A program made the position numbers and the translations under genes. Below the pieces are notes generated by a model. That model made no database searches. It was not told the origin of the DNA and saw only the letters and a list, made by a program, of their open reading frames with translations. A stretch of DNA of 64,000 nucleotides, taken from assembly GCF_009914755.1 (NCBI RefSeq), contig NC_060925.1. One strand, 5' to 3'. Shown here in pieces: positions 11,900 to 25,739 of this stretch. The first letter of the stretch is position 1. Each line of letters begins with the position of its first letter. This DNA is from the human T2T-CHM13v2.0 reference genome, Homo sapiens.

Positions 11900-12860
11900 G
11901 TCCGAGGAGCCCGCGACGCCGGAGGAGGAGGCGGAGGAGGAGGAGGGGGCGCCGCCGCCGCCCCCCACCGGCACCACGCGCGCCCTCCTCCCCCCCCAAC
12001 CCCGCGTCTCCCCCACCAGCGGCGGCGGCGGCCGCAAAGGCGGCGGCGGCGGCGGCAAAGCCCGCGAAGGCTCGGCGCCCGCGCAGCGCCCCCGGTGCAC
12101 GAGGGGCGGCGGGCGCGAGGTGAGGGGCTGCAGCCGCGGCAGCAGTTCCCCCCGGCCGGCCCGGGCACGGGCGGGCGGCGCGGCGCGGCGGGGCGGCGGG
12201 CGCGGCGGTGGGGGCTCGGCCGGAGCCGCGGCGGGCCTCCAGACCGGGGCGAAGACGGGCCGCGCGGGCGCGGGGGAGCGCAGCAGGTCGCGGCGGCGGC
12301 CGGCACGGAGTGCGGGGCGGGGGGCGGGGAGGCCGGGGGGGCAGGGGGCGGGGGGCGGCCGCCGGGGCAGGCTCAGCCCGAGCGGCGGGGCATGCCGCGC
12401 CGGGGTGGCGGCGGCCGGGCGGCGTGGAGCTCGGGCGCGGCGCGGGCCCCGGGTCGCTCCGCCGCTCTCTCACAGCTCCTGGCGTCGCCGCTCTCCAGCG
12501 CCAGCGTCAGCGGCCAGCCCGCCTCAGCTCCGCCGCCGCCACCGTCGCTGCTGCTGCTGCCGCCGCGACCGCTCCACTTCTACAGACTTGATTCTTCGAC
12601 AGTCTCGCACGGCGCCTGCGCGGGCCCCCTCCCCTCGTGCGCGTGCCCGCCCTCCCGCGCGCGCGCTCCCCCTCCCCCCGCGCGCCGAAGGAGCGCTGCC
12701 GGGAGAGCCGGCTACGCGGCGCCCGCCCGCCCGCGGGGCAGCGCAGCAGCGCAGCGCCGGTGTTCCCTTCGGAACACCGCGCAAAGTGATCGAGTGCTTT
12801 TCCTCCACTTTCCCTCACTTCGCGCCCCACCCGGCTGTCCCGACCACCCTCAGGATGTTT
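10870..12860. promoter_or_regulatory. IRF2BP2: CpG island covering IRF2BP2 exon 1, 5'UTR and core promoter
   Basis: Extreme GC/CpG density, GC boxes, CGG/GGA triplet runs; TSS expected near 12580-12600 (recall of the mRNA 5' end, approximate). Confidence 0.9.
12373..12393 (-). other. Upstream ORF MPRRSG* in the IRF2BP2 5' leader
   Basis: ATG CCC CGC CGC TCG GGC TGA; the only ATG on the minus strand between 11900 and ~12590. Confidence 0.65.
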
Positions 12861-13079
12861 TCCTCTGGTGTGCCTCTGGGCCAAATCGTGCTAAAAATCA
12901 TTTTTTTTCTTTTATGCAAGGACACTTTGTCACTTGGTTTCCGTCAGTCTCCTGAGAATGGGGAATTTAGGTCTAGCGTGGTTCACAGTTCTGGTTTTTT
13001 AGGAGTTATACTTGAAAGCTCAATGTCGGACACATAGCATGAAATCCGTCACTGGTGCTTTGCATTTGTCTTGGAAAGG

Positions 13080-13770
13080 ACATACGCCCCGCCTGTCCCT
13101 TTTACTAACTAGGGAGACTGTGAATATTCCCAAGCCCAGCACCACGTGCACACGCCGCCAGCTGGCTCGCGCGTTTTCCACGGAGCCCTCTGGAGGGGAG
13201 GGAGCGCGGTTCGGACTAGCCTCTCCCGAACACCAAGTGCCGCTCTTAGCCCCGTCCAGCCCGCCCTGTTCATCGGGGGCCTCGCCGCGCCAGTCGCCCC
13301 GGCTGCCTTATGTAGGTATGCGCGGCGGGCGCGTGACGTGGGCGCGGGGCCGTGGGCGGCCGCCGCCGCGAGTGCGCACGCTCCGCGCAGACGTGCCTCG
13401 GCGCCGCTGGCACTAGGGCCTCGTGGAACGAATGCACATTCCAGGGATCCGGGGTCTACGGCCAGCGCGGCCGCGTCACAGCGCAGGCTCCACCCCCTTC
13501 GGCGAGTCTGGGCGTCGAGGCGCCGCCCCCGGGCCCGAACTTGGACTCGAGGTGGCGGGAGGCGAGGGCGCGAGTGGGGGGGGGGGGGGGGGGTCCTGCT
13601 CGCCTCCGCGAGGTTCCCGAGGGCCGTGGGGGCGACCGGCTGGCTGGCTGGCCCGCCGTCCCGCAGGGCGGGCCGCCGACGGAGGCGGACTTTTGCCCTA
13701 TATGCCACCCAGGCCGGGATGAGCCCGGCCTGCAGGTCTGCCACCGTTGGCAGCCTCAGACTCAGCCCAG
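13080..13770. promoter_or_regulatory. Upstream CpG-island lobe (proximal enhancer or divergent promoter)
   Basis: GC/CpG-rich block separated from the main island by an AT-richer gap; CACGTG 13143-13148, TGACGTGG 13334-13341, G18 run 13576-13593. Confidence 0.8.
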
Positions 13771-16700
13771 ACTGAATTGAATGTTTGAGTTTCGCACTTT
13801 TATCGGGAGGAGGAGCTAGTGTGTGTTATGGTAAATCACTTTGGGCTGGTCGTTAGTCTCCCTAATACACGTAGGCTTAGTCGCTCTTCAATTGGGACTT
13901 TTACACTTAAGCTCTTTAAGGGCGGCCTCTGGAGCTGCTTTTGTTGGGAACACAGGCCCACAACTCTCCCTTGAGACTGGAATGAGCTGGTTAAGTGTGG
14001 GAAGAACAGGGTACTAATTATATTATCTTTCCTACAACTGGATTGGTAGGTGGAGAGAAAAAAAAAATCATGCTGACGTTTCTCTCTAGTCGTTGCTATT
14101 GAAAATACCAGGTTGCTTCAAAGGATTAACCACAAGGAAGAGGAAAAACACCCTTAGAGAAACAGTGGAGGGAGCTGCTTAAAACACATGAAAAAACCTG
14201 TTCGAAAATGGCACAGAAAACGTAATGTCAGACCTAAATGTTTTTACAGGCTAACCTTGAATGTCTTTTGGGGATTTCCATAGAAGGTGCGCCTGTTTTA
14301 AAGGTCTCTGCATCTGTTCCTGGATCTTGCCCTGCAATTGCAATCCTGCCTCACTCTCTCCAAGCTGGGAGAATGGGGCCTGTCCAGATCCTTCCCGGGA
14401 GTAGCTGGTGCCAGCGGGTTTGGTCACTCCCAGGCCCTGCTGTTGCACACCGCTTTCAAGACCTGTCCCTTTGGTCACCCTCCTCAGAGACCCTGTGACA
14501 CTCATTCCAGTACATGGCTTCACCCACTGCGTCACTGCCCAAAGGGGATGAAGTCCAGTCCTTGTGCTGCAGAGAAATGAACCAACTCATCGCCCCCAAG
14601 AGACGGCCCCACTAAGCATTGACTGAAACATACTAAAAGAAAACACAACTCACCATTAGAGTTGTGGCCTAATTATACTCATTTCTCTGCAAGCTGGTAC
14701 TGTAATGGCCTCAAGGGGAGAGCCTGCCACTCCATCCTAAAATAGAATTAGAGATAGAAATTCTGCCACGATACTAAGATCTTTGCAAAACGGAGCTTTT
14801 CTTCTCCAAAGGAAGAGCATTTCCTTCTTATTTTACACTGCCAGTTTCATGTCGAAACTGAGTTGTTGTAACTTCCCTAATGAAATGCCCGATGGAAAAT
14901 GGAAGGGCTATTTTAGTTCTGGGCTCGATCCGGAATCAAGGGGGTTAAGGCTGGATTCAGGGCAGCAATTCCTTATATTGTATCAGAAGTCTTTCATGCA
15001 GCCTGGCCTTTCATGTAGCTCTGAAGCAGCTTTATCGATGTATGCTAAGTAAACATAGCTTTGTTTTTGTCTTCCACCCACCGCTCCCTCCCGGCACAGA
15101 CTGGAGTTGGATCCCATCCAAAGCGGCTGCTGCAGCAGTTACAGCCGCCTCCTCCACACACAGGAGCAGGGTTTCTAGGGTGAGGCAATGCGTCTGCAAT
15201 TCGCAGAGACAAGGCAGGAATTGTAATTGTAGTTCATCATGTGATGACTTATGAAAGAGGAAGTTGGTATGTTTTAGTCACGTAGACTCTGCCCTCTTGC
15301 TTGAGGCACCAGGTCCTCTCAAAAGAGAATTATGATCATCTTTGCCACCCAGAGTCAAGGTTACCGGGTTGGCTGCAGTGTGCTCCTGCACATTCATATA
15401 CGGACAGGCAGGCAGATGCTGGGCCAAGTGTCGGCGACGCAGCGGGATGAGGCTGGCTTTTCACCAGAACACTAAAATGTTGCAATTTGTCTTAAGGACT
15501 AAAGGAAATATTCTATGGAGAACACTCCTGCTGAGACTAGACAAACCAACAGTCCTTTCCAGCTCTAATTTCTGAGAGTTGTTTTTTTTTTTAAATAAAA
15601 ATCACAGTGTAGGAGTAAAAGGAAAGCCATTCAGTATGACACTATCAGAAAAGCAGGAATAAGGAAGTGGCTTGGAAGGCAAACCTAAGAGAGCAGTTGT
15701 AAGCGATAGCTCAATGGGTAGAACTAATGTGACCTTCCGACACTGAGATTGAAACGGGCTTCTACTGCGTGAACGTTAAACATCTAAAATCTGAATCTGG
15801 TTTCCAGAGCTTACTCCAGTCAAGCAGCTATTAACACACGGAAGCCCTGAACTGACAGTCTATAGAGCAGTGTAAAGAAACGGTTCCTACAAGAGTACCT
15901 TATTGGAACTTTGCCCCCAGGTTATGCAGCTGCAAGAGGGGTGCAACCCCATTCCCCCAGCAGCTTGTGGGTGCTGTCCAGGAGATAGATGGTATTCCTA
16001 GGAACTGCTGAGTTCGTGGCTTTCACCCTCTATCCAGAGGTGGAATCACAGCCTTCATTCTTTAGAGTGCAGTTTCCTTAAATAGCATGATGTTGCAACC
16101 ATGCTAAAGCTTCTTAAACTCTGATCTTGGCGTATTTGAAGAAGAGAAAAAATGCAGCCACATTTCATCTGGATTTCTGTGGACATCATTGCGGGTTTCT
16201 TCAGCTTTGGCAAAAGTGTCGTAAGGTTTGAAGAGCACACGTGATATTCAGGGCTTTTCCAATTTTTTAAATAAGTTATATATATTTGAACACATTTGTT
16301 TATATGAATATATCTACACATACTATGGAGCACCATGACATAAATGAACCTTCTGTAATTGATATGAGAGTCTTCCTTCTTAGTAACAGCATTTTATGAG
16401 ACAATCTTACTGTTTTTCAAATTGCAAATATTCTTTTTTAGAAATACTTTCCCTCTGTTTGACCTCTCTCTATAGCCTACCTCCCCTGTGCACAGAGCAT
16501 ACAGATATTAAAGAGACTTTTGCATGTGGAGGAGATAAACTCTCTGTGGAGGGTCTAAGAATCAAGCCAGATAAAATCACAGGAGCTCTTAATCATCCAC
16601 ATATTGTACACAGAAGCTGTTAGTCGGCAGCCTATATGTCAACGTATGTATAGGTCCCTATTTAGAGCAAAATTTGGGATCTTGATGAAGGTTAAATACT

Positions 16701-17272
16701 CACTGTGTCAGAATTTAAAGAGCTAAGTGAGAAACAGACAAAATAGACAAAGGAGAGATTGAGGTCACACACTTGCTCAGTCTGCAAGGAAATTTGTAGA
16801 ACTGGAAGGGATTCAACAGCCATTTGATGCCAGTAAACCTCCTATTGACTTTTTGGAAAAAGCAGGATGAAATGCACTTTTCTGGAATATCTGGATGTGG
16901 GTTTAACTTAGAATATTTAAAACACTCACTGAAGCCCTTTGAAAGATATCAGTAGGAAGATGTTGACAAAATAATGAATTAACTTCACAGATAATGTTTG
17001 AAAATATAAAAATGGTAAATTTTCCCTTCTTAGCTTTTCTATTAAAAAATGTACATTTCCTACATACACATTCCATAGCATAAGAACTGAAAAAGTCAAA
17101 TAATGTAATAATTCTAAAACGTTAAAGAACAGTACGATGGCATGGTATTTGCTGTATCTTTCACATGAACATTTTAAAAAGATATTTCAAGGATAAATTC
17201 TATTCTCTTGTCATCCTTTTCAGAAACTAAAAACCTGACTTACCTAAAGTAACATGAAAAGTGAGTGTCAGA

Positions 17273-17568
17273 GGCCAGACGCGGTGGCTCACGCCTGTAA
17301 TCCCAGCACTTTGGGAGGCCACAGTGGGTGGATCAGGAGGTCAGGAGTTCGAGACCAGCCTGGCCAGCATGGTGAAACCCCATCTCTACTAAAAATACAA
17401 AAATTAGCCGGACGTGGTGGCATGTGTCTGTAATCCCAGCTACTTAGGAGGCTGAGGCAGGAGAATTGCTTGAACCCGGGAGGCGGAGGTTGCAGTGAGC
17501 CAAGATTGTGTCACTGCACTCCAGCCTCGGCGACAGAGCAAGACTCCATCTCAAAAAAAAAAAAAAAA
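17273..17568 (+). mobile_element. Alu (AluSg-like)
   Basis: Full Alu consensus with poly-A; AGTGTCAGA repeated on both flanks (TSD). Confidence 0.97.
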
Positions 17569-18197
17569 GTGTCAGAACTGATATCTAGGTGTGAGTCCTG
17601 TTGCCTGAGGATGTAGTCGAGAATATTCTATTTGCATTTTGCATTGTTAAAAATCATGTAAGCACAGCATAGAGCCCAGCAAAGGAGTGTTAACATCTGA
17701 GTGTTAACAGGAAAGGTGTTAAGATTTGCTATCTATACCTATATTTATAGGAAAAAGGAAAATTTTAATATAGTTCATAGAACAATCAATCCAAAGAGAA
17801 GTAAACATTCACCACAGACAAAAGGAGCTGACAGAGGTAGGGCACAGTTGCTATAACACCATGTCGAGTGTGGGACTCTTTAAATGGCACACCATTTTTA
17901 TGCTAGTCTTTATGAACCTTGGATAAAAACTGATGTTGGTGTTAGGATAAAAGATTCAATTGTGGGAGTCAGTTGGGTGATGAAATGGTTTTGGCACTTA
18001 CCAGGTTGGAATACTGCACCTCCAACTCTTTGTGATCTATTTTCTTAAAAAGAGGAAAAACTCATGAAATAATTTAATTCCAATTGTAGGAGTCCAATCC
18101 TGACTACTTTGCACTCAGACAAATAAATACAATGGGCTACAGGGTACCGAAAAGAAAAAAGTGTGAAACAACATTGTATAGAATATCACAGTTGTAA

Positions 18198-18562
<365 letters not shown>

Positions 18563-19386
18563 TAGAAATTAGCCAATATGAATTAGGCTTTCTCTTGACA
18601 AGATGAAAATATATTTTGCAAAACAATGCCATTCAGCAGGATAATTTGGCCTTACCAATGGAGTTTCACTAATCTATTCTGGTGACTGACTTACTTTAGT
18701 CTAATGGGCTCAGCAAAAAATAAAGTAAGCTTGTTATTTGAAACAATTATTGTATGTATATACTGCAGATTCCAATGATATCTCTCAGAGGTCTACACAT
18801 TTAACAATAAAATTCTTTCTCCAACACCTGTTTTTTGGCATGGGAGGAGTAGTGGTCATTTTTGTAGGTAAAGGAGACACAGAGAGCTCCCTACACAAGG
18901 AAGGAAAGTTGAGCAGACTGACTGAGGACTGTACTTTATTAGTTGGAGTGAATTCCGGTATGCATTGGCACATCCATTTCTGTGCCCACATGGTAATGCC
19001 TCTTTGTGAGGCAGAGTGCAAAACCACTGGGAAAATTAAGAATCACACCCAGAACTGAAGTTCATACAGGGGAGAAGGAAACAGACATGCAGTAGGCAGC
19101 CTAGATGTGAGCCCTAGCAAGAGACTACTGATGGATTCCCCAAAGTGACTGCCTAAATGTAGTGTGTTTACTACAAAGCTTGTCACAGACAGCTAAAATG
19201 CAAATACAAATGAACTTTGATGTACTTCGTGGCAAGACTCCCAGCCCTTCAAGCAAATTCCTGAGTGAAGAAGCTGGTTCTGAAACATGCCTGGGAACTG
19301 CACACATGTGAACTTCCTGAGGCCTCTTCTCTTTAGCACTTAACAGGTAGCTGGATTTTAAACATTTGTCAGGCTGCTTTTATTCT

Positions 19387-19437
19387 GTCTACCTACCTCT
19401 CAATTATCTACCTATCTACCTATCCATCTATCTATCT
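19387..19437. repeat. Degenerate (CTAT/CTAC)n microsatellite
   Basis: Tetranucleotide periodicity read directly. Confidence 0.75.
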
Positions 19438-20192
19438 TTGCATTATCAGACCAATTCATTATTCTTAACAATAGTTAAGAACATCAGTGTCTGTTCACTT
19501 TATGAACTGAGACACCAAGATAATAAGGAATCTGTCTTAAAACAAAGAAAATGTGTGGTTAAACGACAGTTAGAATTCAGGTTTCCCAAACTGCAGTTCT
19601 TTCTTTAGCCCACTGGTGGGCTACCTCCTATTTATATTTTCTTCATAGGTTCTTTTTTGCATACATGTAAATATCTATGCAGGAGATCACTGAGGGACCG
19701 TAGCTTCTCTTCATTCACCTGGCATGTGACCTGAGGCAGGTCAGCTGGACACCCTAGGCCAGTTTTTCTTGAGTGGAGGAGACGGTGCTGGCCTTGATGT
19801 CATTTCTGTTCTGACCTCTCGTGGTGGGTGGGGGTGATGGGAATACACAGGAATTTGACAAACCCAAGCCCAACATTCTTCTGACCCACATGGGATTACA
19901 AAACAATGCGGAAAAACTACCAGTAAATGCCTGCCCATTATTTGGGGGCATTGTGCCATCCAAATAAAGTCAGGAGGTTAAATGGCTACCAGAGCATCAC
20001 ATCATCGAGAACATCGTGTCTGCTTGGTTTGGGCTCAATCCCAGATTAGGAGACTCTAAACCACGGTCTATACTTAGTTTAAATTAGCCAGGGCAAAACA
20101 TCTGTATCAGCATTAATATAAGCCCAACTTCAATGTCTCAGGGCTTATGGAAAATATTTGCATTTTTCTTTCCTCAAGAGACTGCCTTATTT

Positions 20193-20362
20193 CATATATG
20201 TATGTGTGTGTATGTGTGTTTATATATAATTTTATATGTATATGTGTGTATGTATATATACACGTATATGTGTAAATATACGTATATATACACGTATACA
20301 CATACATATACGTGTATACGTGTATATATACATATATACATATATGCATACATATATATATA
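20193..20362. repeat. Compound (TA)/(TG)/(CA)/(CG) alternating purine-pyrimidine tract
   Basis: About 170 bp of near-continuous RY alternation. Confidence 0.9.
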
Positions 20363-23195
20363 CGGGCAAAGACTTAATATACTATCCACAGGCTATTCAG
20401 ATTGTTCAAGAGGCTCTCAGTTGAAGAAGCAAACAGACAAACAAAACGGTTTCATACACAGGCAGGCATTTGGCTGAGTAGGTCGGCAGGATATGGAAAC
20501 TTGCTTTGAGGTGTTTTTGGATTCTCACCTAGAATTCTACTACTTAATGGCTGTGTGGCTTCTTTGCAGGCTATATACTGAATTCATAAAGGATGTTATG
20601 AGAGTAAATTCAAAGAATTCTGATGTTTTGAAATTTGTTGTGACTTGGTTAACTATGGTGAAATGTTACATTCGTGTTACATTATGGCTTTTGTTTATAC
20701 GGGTCTGATTATGGGATAACTTAATAAAGTTGTAAAAAACTCTATGTTTTTCAAAAATTCTGTGTTTTTCTTATGTGAAGAATTTGTTTCAACTATTCTT
20801 CAAACACCAGAAAAGGAGTCACCGTATACTTTACTTTTCATATAAAGATTACTCAATATATTTTAAAATGGGTGTTCCAGAATTAGACTTCCAGATTCCT
20901 TGAATTGAGAGTGTGGAAAAGGATAGGCAGCTCCTGTAATAGGAGACATTCTTTTAAAAGCCTGGAATGCTGAAACCCTCTTAGACTGAAAACATGTCAG
21001 GACATGCCTTTTTGGGATACTGTCAAACGGTTTAGGCTCAGAATTCCACATTCCGTACTTTTGAAGTTGTTTTCTGTTGGCAAATGACCTCTTGATTATT
21101 TTCATGTGGTGAGTATTCAGGCCAACCTTTTTGGTTCCAAGTGATTTAAAAACATACACACACACACACACATAAAAACAAACCACTCTGAAGTGTCCAT
21201 ATTTTAGCATAAAGTTAGGAATTATGCGAGTGCTGGGTGTATCACGGTCAATTCTGTGAGCCTCGTCACAGTTTATAGCCGAAGTCAGAGGCTTCAAAAT
21301 CAGACACACATTGACCTGGAATGCTTTATTCTGCAGTGCTCATTCTTGATTCTCAGAAGTATCGCTCCTGTGAAAAACTTATCACCATTAGGGAGCTGTC
21401 ATTTCCCTGGTAAAATTAAACAGCAATTTCATTCACCTTTGCTTCTTTTTGGATGAAGGCTGGCAATGGTTTAAGGAACAAATAAATGAATTAATAAATG
21501 AGTGGAGTTCCCTCCTCCTGACTCAGAAAGGTGCTATTTCCCCTCACGCAGGAGATACAACTTCCATGCAAGCCAGTTCTCCCACTACATAGAGCCCTTC
21601 TGTTTTTAGGAAGTTCTGATTCATGGATTGGAGAATTGAACTAAATTAGTATACTGTACAGCATGGGCCTGGTTAAATTAAACATAAATGCTCTGCCCCC
21701 TGCCACCCACCTCACTCTGACCACGGAGAGTTCATTTAACAGGCGCCACTGTCTGTGAGACCCAAACAAAGGTAGCTGACTTCAAACCCTGTCTACATTT
21801 GCCTTATTATAGACCATGTGTTAGTAGATGTTGTAATATTTTTTATGAACCAGTAGGATTCTCAGAATGCTTCAAAACAGGCATGATATTGGGTGATGAT
21901 TTTATTTTAAGTCTCATCTCGATTTAATTTTGTGAGAATTTTTTAAAATTGTCTGTTTTATTGAGAAATTGCTCAGAGATCATATACAATGAGAAACTCG
22001 GCTAGAAGAAGATAAACAAAACAAGTATAACAGAGACAACGTTCTTTTAAAACATTTCATTTTGCAGACCAATAATAAAACTTGTAAATCTTTTAAAAAT
22101 ACTTTTCTTATGGTGTATAAATTCTGATATTTTACTTGAAGCTAATAAAGCCACCATAGAGAAGAAAGTTAATTTTTTCTTCTTTAAGCTTTCCATAGGT
22201 AGTATAATTTAAATAATTCTGTGGTACAGTTTCAACACCTCAGATTGAGCACTTTTGTTTACGAAGTAAGAACAGTAATCCTCATGTAAAAAGGTGGTAT
22301 TGCTACCCTAGACAGCAGATGGTGTTATTAAATACACAGGCAAAGTCTAAGGTCATAAGGAACTAACAATTAACCAGAAATACGATCTGTCACAGTCGTT
22401 TAATGGGTAACCTAACAGATATATACCGCTTGTATTCTTCTGAGTGGTGGGAGGTAAATAGTCAAGCTTCAGAGCAGTTGCACAATCGTTTAGAAATATT
22501 GTAATTATATTCTTATTTAAGCATTTAGGGAAACCAACAAGCGAGAAAGAAAGTGAAAATCAGTGTGATTTCCTCATAATACTGTGTCCTGTTAATCTGC
22601 TTTGAAAAATACTTTACAAATTCAGACAGCACAATTTCATAGCTATCCCTGAATCTAACTCGTCTCCCCAAACTAGGAATGTCAAAATTTTGAATTTTTT
22701 ACTGCCAGTCTCAGTTGTTCTAAGATCTCTTTACATTATCATAGGTATAATTTTTGCCCCTGAAGTTTTCGTCGTGTGAAGGTAAAAAATTGGAGCATAC
22801 ACAACAGCAAATGGAAGCAGGGTGGCAGGAGACAGCTGGGAAACTGTAGTGGGGAGGAGAGGCAGTCAGCTGGTGGGGTGGACCGTAGGAAGAGAATGGT
22901 CTCACCAGTAAGGAATGGGTGGCACTATTAAAATCTGGATGTGGGCTCAATTTCTATTGTAAATCAAATATAAATCTATCACTAAAATAGGAGCTGGATA
23001 CACAGTGCCCAAGTCCTCGTGAGAGTTTCCCAAGAAGGGTTTACCATGGAGAATGTGTCATCAGTTCCTTTTCAGTTAGGTCTTTTGAGGATGAGGAACT
23101 GAATCCTAAATTCACCCAAAGGAAAAATGGCCAACAGGGCAGCAACTAAGCCTGGATCACAAAGAACAAACTGCTTGGTTAGAATTTGGAAGAGT

Positions 23196-23563
23196 GGCTG
23201 GGTGCAGTAGTAATATAATCCCAGCACTCTGGGAGGCTGAGGCGGGAGGATCACTGGAGGCCAGGAGTTTGAGACTGGCCTGGGCAACATAGCAAGACCC
23301 CCATCTCTACAAAAAAAATACAAAAATCAAGGCCAGGTAGAGTGGCTTACACCTGCAATCCCAGGACTTTGGGAGGCTGGGGTCTCTACCAAAAAATTAA
23401 AAATTAGCCAGGTGTGGTGGTAGTGCATACCTGTAGTCCCAGCTACTAAGCAGGCTGAGGCAGGTGGATTGCTTGAGCCCAGGAGGTTGATGCTACAGTG
23501 ATCCATGAACCATGATCACGCCACTGCACTCCAGCCTGGGGAACAAAGCGAGACCCAGTCTCT

Positions 23564-23590
<27 letters not shown>
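23196..23590 (+). mobile_element. Composite AluJ-type element (left arm + deleted left arm + right arm)
   Basis: Alu left-arm starts at 23196 and 23331, a single right arm and poly-A; TTTGGAAGAGT at 23185-23195 and 23592-23602. Confidence 0.9.
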
Positions 23591-23594
<4 letters not shown>

Positions 23595-25010
23595 GGAAGA
23601 GTGAACCTTGTCCCATAGGCAAATAACTACGAAGCATACCCAAGAGTCATGACTCTAGCCATTGTGTCAACCAATTGTAAAAACAGCATCTGGAAAAGCA
23701 AAAACATCCTCAGTGCCCCAGGTGAATAGAAGATGAACAATGAAAAGCAAGGTTCAGAGGTCACTGGCTGATCAGGCTAAAAAAGTGGGTAGATTCCAAT
23801 CTTCGGACAAAAACTATTCTTAAAAGACAAAAAGTTATTCAGTTTCCTTGCTGTTGGATTTGGTGAGGATGTCTGAGTCCCAGAAAATGCATACTAATAA
23901 GGACTTTTTTCTTATACAGTTTCATGCATTTATATATGTTTATTTAAATTTCTCTAAATTTAATTTGAATAAGGCAGGCAACAGCATCTCAGGGCACAGA
24001 CTCATAACTGGAGACCTTCATCCACAAGCTTAGCTAGCTAGATTTTCCGTGTGGCCAGGACGCCTGCTGAAACTTCCAGCAGTCCTCAGAAAAACTGATG
24101 AGATACCCTTGGGCTGAATGAGTAAGAACTTTCTGGAGAGTGGAAGACTGGTGAAAGTCCAGCTGGAAAAACATATGGCAGCAGAGGCGGAAAGAGTGCT
24201 TTATGACCGGGAGCTTTATAAAAAAAATGTCTGAAGGCTCAAGGCAGCCGTTACAACCTAAGATCCTACTAAGCATGATGGATGTTTTTACTTCTAGGAT
24301 TGTCTCCAATTTACCTGGACCACAGCCAGCACCGTATCCTCAGGCACCCCATGGGACAGTACATACAGAAGAACAGCATCACACCACATCCTATCACCAA
24401 GGCCAGGATTCTGTGCCTCCGCCCCCCTCCCCACCTCCTTGAAACGGGGGAAGTAGGGGGAAGAGTCAATTCTTCTTGGAGCACATGAGATGGTAGCTTG
24501 CTGTGTTGTCCTGAAAGAAAACAAAGTTTGTAAATCACTGTAGATAGTTTTTTTTTTTTTGTAATAGATATGTCGGGAGGGAAAATGACTATGGTAAATT
24601 CCATTCTCAACCACACATTAACTCAGAGAATTCTTGAGCTACACAGTGACAGACTGAGCTCAAGGAGAAAGACAGGCATTCTGAGTTTCAGACTACGGAG
24701 CCATTTGGAGGTGACATGTACAGAACAATGCACAGCTTTGAGATTTTATATTGGTCCTTCCCTGCCCAATGTCATTTCCAAACTAATAGAAAGGAATATT
24801 TTATTTTTTCATGTTAACTCTTCATTATAATCATCTCTTATTGCAATGACCATTTGTATCTGTTACTGAGAACAGGTATAACTAGCTTTAAGAACATTCT
24901 ACATGGAATGATATATTCCTTAGAAAGAAATCAATTAAGAGGTGATTATTCACAATTACAAAAGGACCCTTTATAAAGTCTGTAATTTACCACAGGTTTA
25001 AAGAAAAGTA

Positions 25011-25739
<729 letters not shown>

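Noticed and set aside
11597-13037. Long plus-strand ORFs (452 aa, 379 aa) antisense to IRF2BP2 exon 1 and promoter
   Set aside because: Low-complexity R/G/A/P products expected from stop-poor GC-rich DNA; the 452-aa frame is the codon-aligned mirror of the IRF2BP2 frame; no domain recognisable
13012-13780. 134-211 aa ORFs in the upstream island
   Set aside because: Overlapping frames on both strands with GC-biased composition; no homology recognised
15703-15760. tRNA-like A box TAGCTCAATGG (15707-15717)
   Set aside because: No convincing B box or cloverleaf; at best a decayed tRNA-derived SINE relic or a chance match
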